NCBI GenBank assembly: GCA_041748255.1
Contig: JBGTDP010000137.1
Coordinates: 1-30,328 of the forward strand
Length of the DNA stretch: 30,328 bases
Direction: 5' to 3'
DNA from: Thermosynechococcaceae cyanobacterium
Lineage (GTDB): Bacteria > Cyanobacteriota > Cyanobacteriia > Thermosynechococcales > Thermosynechococcaceae
Part shown: one piece after another, positions 22,316-30,328 of the stretch
How the letters are laid out: each line of letters begins with the position of its first letter
How positions within the stretch are numbered: the stretch's first letter is position 1
The notes under the pieces: model-generated
What the model saw: only the letters and a program-made list of their open reading frames with translations
What the model was told of the DNA's origin: nothing
The model's database searches: none
Made by a program: the position numbers and the translations under genes

Positions 22316-22948
22316 ATGGGTAAGTCCAAGAAGAAGTCCAAGCAACACAAATCTAGGTTTGACCTGGAAGGACGATTTTTGAGGTATTTGGTCAAAGAAG
22401 ACTTCAAAATCAAGGGACTTCAGTTGGCTACGGCAGAGGGGGAGTACACTATCAAGCTCTCTAAGCAAGCGCGGGCTTCAATTGCAGGGGTGTTGACCCC
22501 AGGGGACTGGATTCAAGTTTCTGGCGAAGAAAAGTACTTAAAAAGTGGGAGTACAAAACTAGAGGCTGCTCAAATCACAACCGCCGCCCCCAAACGTTCT
22601 GAAACTTTCCCCCAGCCGGAGGTGAAGGCTGGGAAATCTAAATCTGCCCCTAAAGTTTTGGTCTGCCAAAAGTCTCCCTGTCGTAGGCGCGGGGCCGGTG
22701 GTGTTTGTCAGATGCTGGAGACAACCCTGGGCGATCGCGGCCTCGGGGAGCAAGTTGCCGTTAAGCAGACCGGATGTATGAATCGCTGCAAAGCAGGCCC
22801 AAATGTTGTCTTTATGCCTGGTAAAACCCGCTATAGCGGCGTTTCGCCCGATCAGATTCCTGATTTAGTTGAGAAGCACCTGATCAATGACTCGAATTTA
22901 ACGCCAGAATTAGCGAAACCATCGGCAGAGGCCGCTCAGTCGCAGTAG
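22316..22948 (+). CDS. Thioredoxin-like [2Fe-2S] ferredoxin domain protein with an N-terminal extra domain
   Basis: C-x4-C-x31-C-x3-C (CQKSPC...GCMNRCKAGPNV). ATG at 22316 has a GGAG RBS. Confidence 0.8.
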   Translation: MGKSKKKSKQHKSRFDLEGRFLRYLVKEDFKIKGLQLATAEGEYTIKLSKQARASIAGVLTPGDWIQVSGEEKYLKSGSTKLEAAQITTAAPKRSETFPQPEVKAGKSKSAPKVLVCQKSPCRRRGAGGVCQMLETTLGDRGLGEQVAVKQTGCMNRCKAGPNVVFMPGKTRYSGVSPDQIPDLVEKHLINDSNLTPELAKPSAEAAQSQ

Positions 22949-23035
22949 ATTGTAGGATAAACAATAATCTGTATTTATATTCTCTCGATACAGACAGATG
23001 GGCTGATTCAATAATAGAATTCTTTCACCGCTAGA

Positions 23036-23064
23036 TTGACCAGATCCGGCGGTTAAGTTAAGTT
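23036..23064 (+). promoter_or_regulatory. Candidate sigma70 promoter for the SLH gene
   Basis: TTGACC-17 nt-TAAGTT, followed by a GGAG RBS before ATG 23095. Confidence 0.45.
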
Positions 23065-23094
23065 GCCACCAGCACAATATTTCCTGGAGTCCAG

Positions 23095-24003
23095 ATGACT
23101 AGTACCCCGCCTGAGCCTCAATCTCCCCGCAGACGTTCTTTGGGCTTTACTGAAGCTGTGGGGGTATTTGTTGCCTTTGCTGCGATTGGTTCAATCCTTT
23201 TTTGGTCCTTGAGCCGGGAGAGAAACCTGATATCTGAGGGGGGTAAGTTGTTTCCACTGCCAGAATCCTCTGCTTTACCCACGGCGATGATTCCTGGCCT
23301 AGAGCCAGAGACTAGCCCTACAGCAGCGGTTTCCCCAGATCCGACGCTTCCAGAGACTAGAACCACTGCTGAGCCTAGAGCAGTTGCCCCAGTGGCCCCA
23401 GAGCAACGAGAGCGGGTAGAATTTTCCGATGTTTCCTCTGACTACTGGGCCTATCCCTTCATCATGGCCTTAGCCCAGCGGGGAATTATCACTGGCTTTG
23501 GCGATCGCACTTTTCGGCCCCAAGCCCCGGTGACGCGAGCAGAATTTGCCGCAATGACCCAGAGAGCCTTTGATCGCTCTGGGCAGGGGGGAAGTGTTAG
23601 CTACAATGACATCCCTTCGGGTTTCTGGGCTACATCGGCAATTCAATCGGCCACGAAAACTGGATTCTTAAAAGGTTATCCTGGCGATGTCTTTCAACCA
23701 AAGCAACAAATTCCCCGCGTGCAAGTGCTTGTGGCATTGGCCAGTGGTCTGGGGCTAAAGGCTGCCTCAGACCCCAGTCAGGTCCTCGGAAGATTCCAGG
23801 ATGCCCAGCAAATTCCTAACTGGGCCACTAAGCAGGTATCAGCGGCTACCAACGCCGGACTGGTTGTCAATCACCCAAATCAGAATCAGTTAAATCCTGG
23901 TCGGGATGCAACTCGAGCTGAAACGGCGGCGTTTATCTATCAAGCCCTGGCTGAGGCTGGAAAGGTTGAAAAGGTTCAGTCCCAATATATTGTTCGACCT
24001 TAG
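23095..24003 (+). CDS. S-layer homology (SLH) domain protein with an N-terminal membrane anchor
   Basis: One TM ([19 protein letters not shown]), a Pro/Thr/Ala-rich linker and three SLH repeats (FSDV..YWA; GIITGF...[11 protein letters not shown]; [10 protein letters not shown]). Confidence 0.85.
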   Translation: MTSTPPEPQSPRRRSLGFTEAVGVFVAFAAIGSILFWSLSRERNLISEGGKLFPLPESSALPTAMIPGLEPETSPTAAVSPDPTLPETRTTAEPRAVAPVAPEQRERVEFSDVSSDYWAYPFIMALAQRGIITGFGDRTFRPQAPVTRAEFAAMTQRAFDRSGQGGSVSYNDIPSGFWATSAIQSATKTGFLKGYPGDVFQPKQQIPRVQVLVALASGLGLKAASDPSQVLGRFQDAQQIPNWATKQVSAATNAGLVVNHPNQNQLNPGRDATRAETAAFIYQALAEAGKVEKVQSQYIVRP

Positions 24004-24521
24004 CCAATTCCCAGTAATTCCACATCAAACACCAGGGTGGCATTGGGGGGAATTACACCTCCGGCTCCCTTGGCCCCATAGCCTAGGTCTGGGGGAATGA
24101 TTAATTCTCGTTGTCCCCCGGCTCTCATGGTGGCGACCCCCTCATCCCAGCCTTTAATCACCTGGCCGACGCCAATCCGAAACTTAAAGGGTTGGTTGCG
24201 ATCGCGGGAGCTGTCGAATTTGGTGCCATCCTCTAGGGTGCCGGTGTAGTGAACCGTTACCATCTGGCCTTGTTTGGGGCTCAGCCCAGTTCCGGCTGAG
24301 ATCTCCCGGTACTTAAGGCCAGAATCAGTGGTTGTATAGTCAGAATCGGCAGCTTGCACAGGGCTTGGCTCCTCAAGGGTGGACTCAGCAACAATTGTCA
24401 TGGGCTCAGATTGATTATTAAGCGTGGCAGCAGTAACTGAAGTGTCAGTGGCCAACTGGCTGACCACCAAAATCAAAGCACAGATCCCCACCACCGCTAG
24501 ACTGATTAAAATACTCCGCAT
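24000..24521 (-). CDS. FKBP-type peptidyl-prolyl cis-trans isomerase (signal anchor)
   Basis: [52 protein letters not shown]. Confidence 0.95.
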   Translation of the reverse strand: MRSILISLAVVGICALILVVSQLATDTSVTAATLNNQSEPMTIVAESTLEEPSPVQAADSDYTTTDSGLKYREISAGTGLSPKQGQMVTVHYTGTLEDGTKFDSSRDRNQPFKFRIGVGQVIKGWDEGVATMRAGGQRELIIPPDLGYGAKGAGGVIPPNATLVFDVELLGIG

Positions 24522-24548
24522 AGTTCCTCCACAAACTTAAATTGGCCC

Positions 24549-24872
24549 TTAACGCCAAAGCTTATTTTCTAAATCTCGCACCTGCCGCTCCAGGCGATCA
24601 ATTCTACCTCGCAGCTCATCGACTTCTGCTTGCCGGGAAACCCCCAAGTCCTGGATCACATTTAAGAGTTGCCGGTGCATCTGAGCCTCCCAAACCCCCG
24701 GCTCAGTCCGCAGTTGTCCCATAAAGTCATCAACAAAAGCTTTGGCCTGATCGGGATTCAAGCGACCTTCCCGGACCCATTCGTCGCTAACTTCCCGCAG
24801 CTTCTCTGCCACTAAAGAAGTTGTGCCAACACCAATTGTCAGAAGTTGCTTGAGGAAGTTATTGCTGTCCAT
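24549..24872 (-). CDS. Phasin-like / polymer-granule-associated coiled-coil protein
   Basis: 107 aa, LLTIGVGTTSLVAEK...EG.L..DQAK..VDD, ending in a C-terminal coiled coil EVDELRGRIDRLE. Confidence 0.7.
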   Translation of the reverse strand: MDSNNFLKQLLTIGVGTTSLVAEKLREVSDEWVREGRLNPDQAKAFVDDFMGQLRTEPGVWEAQMHRQLLNVIQDLGVSRQAEVDELRGRIDRLERQVRDLENKLWR

Positions 24873-25101
24873 CGTGCCCTTGACCCTGCTTATGAAATCA
24901 ACTCAAATGAATTTTTGCCGACGGTCTCTCTAGTGCTTGGCTATGTTCAAGCTACCAGATCCTGGCACTACTATTGTGGCAAACAATTGGCACTTGCTAG
25001 GGAGGCAAAACCGGACCAAATAGGGCGGCAATTCCGGCAGAAGTTTTGCTCAAAACAGGCTAAGGTGAGGAGTAGCCTCCTGGGACCAGGCTATATCAAG
25101 T

Positions 25102-25422
25102 ATGGTGATTGAGTGGTTAAAAATTAAAGTCCTGCCGGAGTTGCGAGAGCAATATATCCAAAAAGATGCTGAGATTTGGACAGCTGCCCTAGTCAATACC
25201 CCTGGGTTTTTAAGCAAAGAAGTCTGGATTGATCCGACGCAGCTATCAGAGGTGGTGATTGTGATTCGCTGGGCCACGCGGGAGCAATGGAAGGCCTTTC
25301 CTCCTGATCGCTTGGCATTGCTGGAGGAACAGTTTGCTCAAGTAATGCCAGCCGGGCACAAGATTGTGGAAACGGGGGAATATCAGATCCGCAAGTTTGC
25401 TCCATTGTTAGGAGACTCGTGA
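25102..25422 (+). CDS. TIGR03792-family cyanobacterial protein (ABM-like dimeric alpha/beta barrel)
   Basis: MVIEWL.......E.Y...D.EIWT.AL...PGFL.KEVW......E...VIRW.TREQWK pattern recalled for this family. Confidence 0.75.
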   Translation: MVIEWLKIKVLPELREQYIQKDAEIWTAALVNTPGFLSKEVWIDPTQLSEVVIVIRWATREQWKAFPPDRLALLEEQFAQVMPAGHKIVETGEYQIRKFAPLLGDS

Positions 25423-25763
25423 CGGCGATGCCCTATTGTCCCCACTGCCATCAAGCCGTCGATACTCAAGCAATTAGTTGCCCCCACTGCCGCTGTCAAC
25501 TTAAAGCCCACGGCCACCCTGGCATTCCCCTCTACCGAGCGGGGGAAGCTGAATTTTTGTGCCCGACTTGCCGCTATCAGGCCGATGACACCTGCAATTT
25601 TCCTCAACGTCCCTATGCCAAGGAATGTACGATGTACCGCTCGGACCAAGGGCCAGCAACCTCTCAGTCTAAGGTTTATAAGCCCCGAAGGCCCTGGACT
25701 CAAACCTTTGGCTGGCTGGTTTTGATTGCCCTGGTGGCGATCGCAATTTTGCTCGCCCTATAA
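25419..25763 (+). CDS. Zinc-ribbon / Cys-rich protein with a C-terminal TM anchor
   Basis: CPHC-x10-CPHC and C-x2-C-x7-C-x10-C motifs, C-terminal WLVLIALVAIAILLAL. The GTG start overlaps the upstream TGA; alternative ATG at 25428. Confidence 0.75.
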   Translation: MTAMPYCPHCHQAVDTQAISCPHCRCQLKAHGHPGIPLYRAGEAEFLCPTCRYQADDTCNFPQRPYAKECTMYRSDQGPATSQSKVYKPRRPWTQTFGWLVLIALVAIAILLAL

Positions 25764-25790
25764 TTCTTGCAGTTGCAGCGCCTCAGGCAG

Positions 25791-27785
25791 TTACGACTGA
25801 GTCTGAATCGGCACCATTGTTTCAGTTAGAAAAAAAGGATTGCCAAAGGGGAGTCCTTCCTGATCAAAAACCGCCAAGTTGAACCAGAAGGTTGTTCCCA
25901 CCCCGACTTCACTGATCAGATGGGCACGGGTGTGATGCTTCTCAAGAATGTTACGGACAATCGATAGCCCCAAGCCAGTTCCCTCTAGGGTGTGAACCCG
26001 ATTTTCGACCCGGAAAAATCGCTCAAAAATCGCCGCTTGGGCTTCCGGCTCAATCCCAATCCCGGTATCTGAAACTTCAATTCGGACTTGCGGGGCTAGA
26101 TTATGGCCCGCTGGCGGCTCAGCTAAATAGGCCCGCAGCGTGACCCGGCCACCAGTGCTGGTGAACTTAAGGGCATTGCCCACCAGATTTGCAAACACCT
26201 GCAACAGCAAGTCGTAGTTACCCCAAACTGAGGGCAAGTCTGGATCAACTTCTTGAATCAGCTCAATTTCTTGATCTCGGGCATTGAGCTGATAAGTGCG
26301 CAGAATTTGCTCTACGGGCTGGGCAATATCAACGGCTTCAAATTGATAGGGTCTTCCCGACTCTAGGCGCGAAAGGTCCAAAACATCGTTAACTAAACGG
26401 GTGAGGCGGTCGGTTTCTCGGTTGGCTGTATCAAGAAACTCGCGCCGTTCTGCCTCACTGAGATCTTCGCCGTACTCGTGCAGGGTTTCAATGAAGGATT
26501 TAATGTTAAATAAAGGGGTTCTCAGCTCATGAGAAATATTGCTGATGAACTGGCTTTTGGCTTCATTTAGTTCCACTTCCCGGGTAATGTCCTGGACGGT
26601 CATCGCGATTCCTTTGGGGTTTTCACGAGACTGATCTAAAACCGTTGTCAGTAAAATTCTCACCGTTCGCTGGGTAGCATCGGTGAGGGCAATCCGAAAT
26701 TCTGCCCCTTCCCGTTCCCCGGTCGTGATCTGAAACAAGGGGCGAGTTAGTTCCATGCAGACCGCCGCTGGCAGGAGGTGCAGGACATTTGTGCCGATCA
26801 ACGCCTCTGGCTCCCAGTTAAAAATCCGGCGGGCAGTTGGGTTGGCCAGGATCACCTTCATGTTTGGATCTAGCAGTACTGCCCCATCAGCGATCGTAGA
26901 AACCAAGGTTTCTAACTTAGCTTTTTGGGCGGTCAGCTCTTCAATATTTTGTTCTTCATAGCGCTCTAGACGTTCTGCCATATCGTTAAAGCTGTAGATC
27001 AGTTCTCCCAGCTCCCCGCCAAAGGGCAGATCAATCCGCTGCTTAAAATTCCCAGCGGCAATATTTTTAACCCCAACCAGCAGCTCTTTAATGGGTCGAG
27101 TAATAATCAAGGCATTGGAGACTGCCCCCAGAATCACCATCACCCAGATCGAGATAAACACGGCAATGGTGACATCCCGGGTTAAGTGGGAAGAAGTCAC
27201 CACCGTCGAGTTGGGATTAATCCCAATCGCCAAGATGCCCAAGTATCGTTTTTCATAAAACAAGGGCATAAATACATCTGTAACCTCCCCGTCCGGCGAC
27301 AGGTGCTGACGAACCATCGGGGTGTCAGCCTTGGCGATAAAATTCTCCGGCAGTTTAATGATCCGCTGCAGGGTTAAGGAATTGGTTACCTGCGACTCTG
27401 AAAACGGAACGCCGTAGTAAATCTCTCCATCTTCATCGGCGTAGAGCATATAGCGCACACTAGACGTGCTGCTATAAAACTTGCGCGAAAATCGGGCCAA
27501 CTCAGAGTAGTGATGATCTGCCACCAAGGGGGCAACATTGGCTGAGAGTAGTAGACCGAGATCTTGACCAAAGCGGGTATCTTGCAGGCGAGCATCCAGT
27601 TGAATTATATTCACAGCCCAAAAGGTCAGCCCACTCATCAGCAGCGATACCACCAGGGTTGCTGCTGCCATCAGCCGAGTTTGGATGTTAAACTCTGACC
27701 ACCAGCGGGTAATAACGTCTGAGAAGGTTTGAAGTCTATTCAAAGCAACAATAGTTTTGAGCAACGTGTGCTTGCATGTAATCAC
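25791..27785 (-). CDS. nblS: Sensor histidine kinase NblS/Hik33/DspA
   Basis: WWSEF..QTRL.AAATLVVSL, two TMs, HAMP (ITRPIKEL), PAS (TIADGAVL), H-box SHELRTPL, HATPase (NALKF, DTGIGI, GTGLGL). Exact start uncertain. Confidence 0.93.
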   Translation of the reverse strand: MITCKHTLLKTIVALNRLQTFSDVITRWWSEFNIQTRLMAAATLVVSLLMSGLTFWAVNIIQLDARLQDTRFGQDLGLLLSANVAPLVADHHYSELARFSRKFYSSTSSVRYMLYADEDGEIYYGVPFSESQVTNSLTLQRIIKLPENFIAKADTPMVRQHLSPDGEVTDVFMPLFYEKRYLGILAIGINPNSTVVTSSHLTRDVTIAVFISIWVMVILGAVSNALIITRPIKELLVGVKNIAAGNFKQRIDLPFGGELGELIYSFNDMAERLERYEEQNIEELTAQKAKLETLVSTIADGAVLLDPNMKVILANPTARRIFNWEPEALIGTNVLHLLPAAVCMELTRPLFQITTGEREGAEFRIALTDATQRTVRILLTTVLDQSRENPKGIAMTVQDITREVELNEAKSQFISNISHELRTPLFNIKSFIETLHEYGEDLSEAERREFLDTANRETDRLTRLVNDVLDLSRLESGRPYQFEAVDIAQPVEQILRTYQLNARDQEIELIQEVDPDLPSVWGNYDLLLQVFANLVGNALKFTSTGGRVTLRAYLAEPPAGHNLAPQVRIEVSDTGIGIEPEAQAAIFERFFRVENRVHTLEGTGLGLSIVRNILEKHHTRAHLISEVGVGTTFWFNLAVFDQEGLPFGNPFFLTETMVPIQTQS

Positions 27786-27874
27786 CCAATCAGGCCAGCA
27801 ACCTGATCCAAAACACTCTATAATTTAATATTTTTACACGTTCTAATCAGAGAGCAAGATTTTACCCTTGAAGT

Positions 27875-28909
27875 GTGAGCAGATTACCCGGTTCAAGAAA
27901 ACAAGTTTCTGCCCGCCTACAACAGTTGCGGTCAAAAAAGCCCTCGGTTTCAGTCCGACGTTTGGCCTATGCCCGCTTTTTTTTATTCTTTCGCCACCTT
28001 AATCTTAAGACGCTGAGAAAAACAGCAATCAAAGTCGGAAGACAGCGATTGCCGGGTCTGGCCTCTGAGATGGCCTATAATGCCATGCTGTCGTTGTTTC
28101 CAGCCATCTTGGCAGTCTTAACAGCCGTGGGCTTATTTGGTGGGTCTACTCAAGATACCTTCCAGCGGCTGGTATCCCGATGGAGTGAAGTCGCCCCGGA
28201 AGAAGTCTCAGCCTTGGTGGGGGGGTTTGGTAACTTTGTGGAAACCCAGCTCTACACGAGCAGCAACGGCAGCTTGTTCTGGCTCAGCTTCGTGGCGGCA
28301 ATCTGGACCGCTTCGAGTGTGCTTACCTCCGCGATGCTGGCCTTGGATCGGATTTACCAGATCCCCCGAAGGAAGCTACGCCCGTTCTGGAAAACAAAAT
28401 TGGTGGCCATCGGCTTGACCCTGGGCACGATTGTGCTGTTGATCCTGGCCTCTTTTTTGGTTTTTGTCAGTGATTTAATCATCCGCTGGGTTGCCCAGCA
28501 GAGTGGCATCTTTAAATCGGGATTACTCACGCTTTGGCAGCTTTTAGCCTGGCCCTTAGCCCTAGGGATTGTAGCGATCGCTGCCGCTTTTATTTACCGC
28601 TATGGTCCTAGCCGCTGGCGATCGGGCACCCCGATTGTTCCCGGTGCGATGCTTGCCGCTTTATTGTGGGCAGGGGTGTCAGGCGGCTTTCGGCTCTACG
28701 TCTCTCATTTTGGCAATTACAACCGTGCCTATGGGGCAATTGGGGCAGTCATAATCCTGATGTTGTGGCTCTATCTTAGTTCTCTGGCCCTGTTATTGGG
28801 GGCGCAGCTGAATACAACTGTGGGAGAAGATATGCGCTCCCGCTGGAGCATCAAAGCCAGTGTTGCTGAGGCTTCAACCGAATCCACAAAAGAGGATTCA
28901 GGTTTCTGA
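27875..28909 (+). CDS. YihY/virulence factor BrkB family membrane protein
   Basis: A.EMAYNAMLSLFP, FGNYNRAYGAIGAVIILMLWLYLSS. The true start may be the TTG at 27962. Confidence 0.88.
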   Translation: MSRLPGSRKQVSARLQQLRSKKPSVSVRRLAYARFFLFFRHLNLKTLRKTAIKVGRQRLPGLASEMAYNAMLSLFPAILAVLTAVGLFGGSTQDTFQRLVSRWSEVAPEEVSALVGGFGNFVETQLYTSSNGSLFWLSFVAAIWTASSVLTSAMLALDRIYQIPRRKLRPFWKTKLVAIGLTLGTIVLLILASFLVFVSDLIIRWVAQQSGIFKSGLLTLWQLLAWPLALGIVAIAAAFIYRYGPSRWRSGTPIVPGAMLAALLWAGVSGGFRLYVSHFGNYNRAYGAIGAVIILMLWLYLSSLALLLGAQLNTTVGEDMRSRWSIKASVAEASTESTKEDSGF

Positions 28910-29698
28910 AGTTGAGGAGTGACCATGAAACGGCAACAGATAAGCGGTTAAAGCCCCAATCATGAAGCCGGCCACATTCCGAAATAAAGGCAGCCAATCA
29001 GATGTACGGGTGACCACAGGCCCAATCCCAAAGGAAATAAATAGCATTCCCCATAGGGGCGAGAAAATCAGAGCCCACTGCCAGGCAAAAATCTGTCCTT
29101 CGTGGCGTGGCCGCCCAGCAAACCCAAAAATTATCCCCCCCATGGTGGCGGTAATCAGGGTTAAGATCCACTGTTCTTGCGGAAGCCCGGGCACAGACTG
29201 ACAGCCTCCCCGTTGCAAGCAGGTTTCAATTGAGGCTAGGGCTTGCAAGATTGACTGGTCTTCACCGTTATCTCGGACAAAAAATAGATTGCCAAACCGA
29301 GTTTGCAGCTCGACCCAGAAAACCCTCGGCAGCAGCGAATAAACATAATCCCCGACATTAAAGTTTAAGAGGTTACCGCCGCGAGAGTCGGCGATCAGCA
29401 AGATACTTCTTTTGTCCAGGTCCCAAAAGTCTCTAACGGCCAAGCCAGGAGTACGATCAAACTGCGTTAAGACCCGTAACTTCCACCCTGTTTGCGCTTC
29501 AAATTCTTCTAGCTCTGTGACAAGTTTCTCTTCCTGCACGCTCGTCAAAGTCTTTGCCAAGTCAATCACTGGAGTCGGAGACTCTGGCAGCAATTCTGGG
29601 GCATCAAAGGCTGCTGCTGGGGAAGTTGTCCAAACCCCTAGTCCCAGCAGAATGACCACCAAAGATATCAGAACTCTCCGCACAGAGAAATACTTCAT
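28898..29698 (-). CDS. TPM-domain thylakoid/lumen-type protein with signal peptide and C-terminal TMs
   Basis: Signal peptide ending SPAAA/FDAPELLP, TPVIDLA..L, GWKLRVLTQ, FWVELQTRFGN.FFVRDNGED, C...GGC..VPGLP, then hydrophobic helices. Confidence 0.8.
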   Translation of the reverse strand: MKYFSVRRVLISLVVILLGLGVWTTSPAAAFDAPELLPESPTPVIDLAKTLTSVQEEKLVTELEEFEAQTGWKLRVLTQFDRTPGLAVRDFWDLDKRSILLIADSRGGNLLNFNVGDYVYSLLPRVFWVELQTRFGNLFFVRDNGEDQSILQALASIETCLQRGGCQSVPGLPQEQWILTLITATMGGIIFGFAGRPRHEGQIFAWQWALIFSPLWGMLFISFGIGPVVTRTSDWLPLFRNVAGFMIGALTAYLLPFHGHSSTSET

Positions 29699-29767
29699 AG
29701 GGGCTTCAGCAAAGTTATAAGTTCAGAGCGTGATACGTTTTGCAGCGATGACCGCTTCGGAAAAATC

Positions 29768-29797
29768 TTTACACTTTTTTACGTTGTCTTTCATAAT
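29768..29797 (+). promoter_or_regulatory. Candidate rpmI-rplT promoter overlapped by an HLR1-like direct repeat
   Basis: -35 TTTACA (29768), 18-nt spacer, -10 CATAAT (29792). The same bases form TTTACACT-TT-TTTACGTT (10-nt period). Confidence 0.5.
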
Positions 29798-29914
29798 AGT
29801 ACGAGTCTAAAGTCTGCCGCGTCAATCTCTCAGTCTCTGTAAATCTTGGCTTAAGCTTGCCAGACAGCAGGGGAGAATACTAGAATCAGAGTTCGTGTTG
29901 AATTTAAGCAAACC

Positions 29915-30112
29915 ATGCCCAAGCTCAAGACTCGTAAGTCTGCGGCCAAGCGCTTCCAAAAAAGTGGAAGTGGCAAGTTTCTACGCCGCAAAGCCTTCAA
30001 AAACCATCTTCTAGAGCATAAGTCAACTGCTCGCAAGGCGCGTCTGAGTACCAAAGCAGTGGTAGATGAGCGTGATGCTGACAATGTCCGCCGAATGCTA
30101 CCTTACCGATAG
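29915..30112 (+). CDS. rpmI: 50S ribosomal protein L35
   Basis: [14 protein letters not shown]...[11 protein letters not shown]. Confidence 0.98.
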   Translation: MPKLKTRKSAAKRFQKSGSGKFLRRKAFKNHLLEHKSTARKARLSTKAVVDERDADNVRRMLPYR

Positions 30113-30134
30113 GCCCAAAGGGAATTAAACAGAA

Positions 30135-30328
30135 ATGACCAGAGTCAAGCGCGGCAATGTTGCCCGGAAACGCCGCAAAAAAGTTTTAAAGTTAGCCAAG
30201 GGGTTTCGGGGCTCTCACTCACGCCTATTTCGCGTTGCTAACCAGCAGGTTATGAAGGCGCTGCGGAATGCCTATCGCGATCGCCGCAAGCGTAAAAGAG
30301 ATTTTCGCCGCCTCTGGATTGTGCGGAT
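30135..30328 (+). CDS. rplT: 50S ribosomal protein L20 (partial; runs off the window end)
   Basis: Not in the ORF track. Manual translation from ATG 30135: [64 protein letters not shown]. Confidence 0.98.
   Translation, partial: MTRVKRGNVARKRRKKVLKLAKGFRGSHSRLFRVANQQVMKALRNAYRDRRKRKRDFRRLWIVR

Noticed and set aside
22968-22994. TCTGTAT-13 nt-ATACAGA as a terminator or NtcA site
   Set aside because: The stem is weak and AT-rich with no U tract, and the GTA-TAC spacing is 15 rather than the 8 required for NtcA.
24846-25112. 88-aa + strand ORF across the phasin/TIGR03792 divergent spacer
   Set aside because: It overlaps both flanking starts and has no protein-like features.

Overview
Core-genome segment of a HIP1-bearing cyanobacterium (about 50% GC; at least 16 GCGATCGC sites by manual count). 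It holds the photosynthesis/bioenergetics supercluster ccdA(partial)-ftsW-apcC-apcB-apcA-apcE on the minus strand, then a PucC/BCD transporter and an orphan membrane gene. A probable cpcM methyltransferase precedes the large ATP synthase operon (atp1-a-c-b'-b-delta-alpha-gamma). Mixed housekeeping genes follow: UDP-glucuronate epimerase, coaX, a Get3d-like ATPase, hisF, menG, a TRX-like ferredoxin, an SLH protein, an FKBP, a phasin-like protein, a TIGR03792 gene plus a Cys-rich partner, nblS, yihY, a TPM protein, rpmI and partial rplT. I saw no transposase, integrase, CRISPR array, tRNA or rRNA, and no large novel system is evident. The best leads are a long basic FtsW tail, a Get3d-like ATPase abutting coaX, a coupled ABM-fold plus Cys-rich membrane gene pair, clustered substitutions in ATP synthase alpha, an orphan membrane gene beside pucC, and several intergenic structures (a CAGGT array, a GTAG-type hairpin and an HLR1-like site). 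Family assignments come from motif recognition and recall, not database searches.
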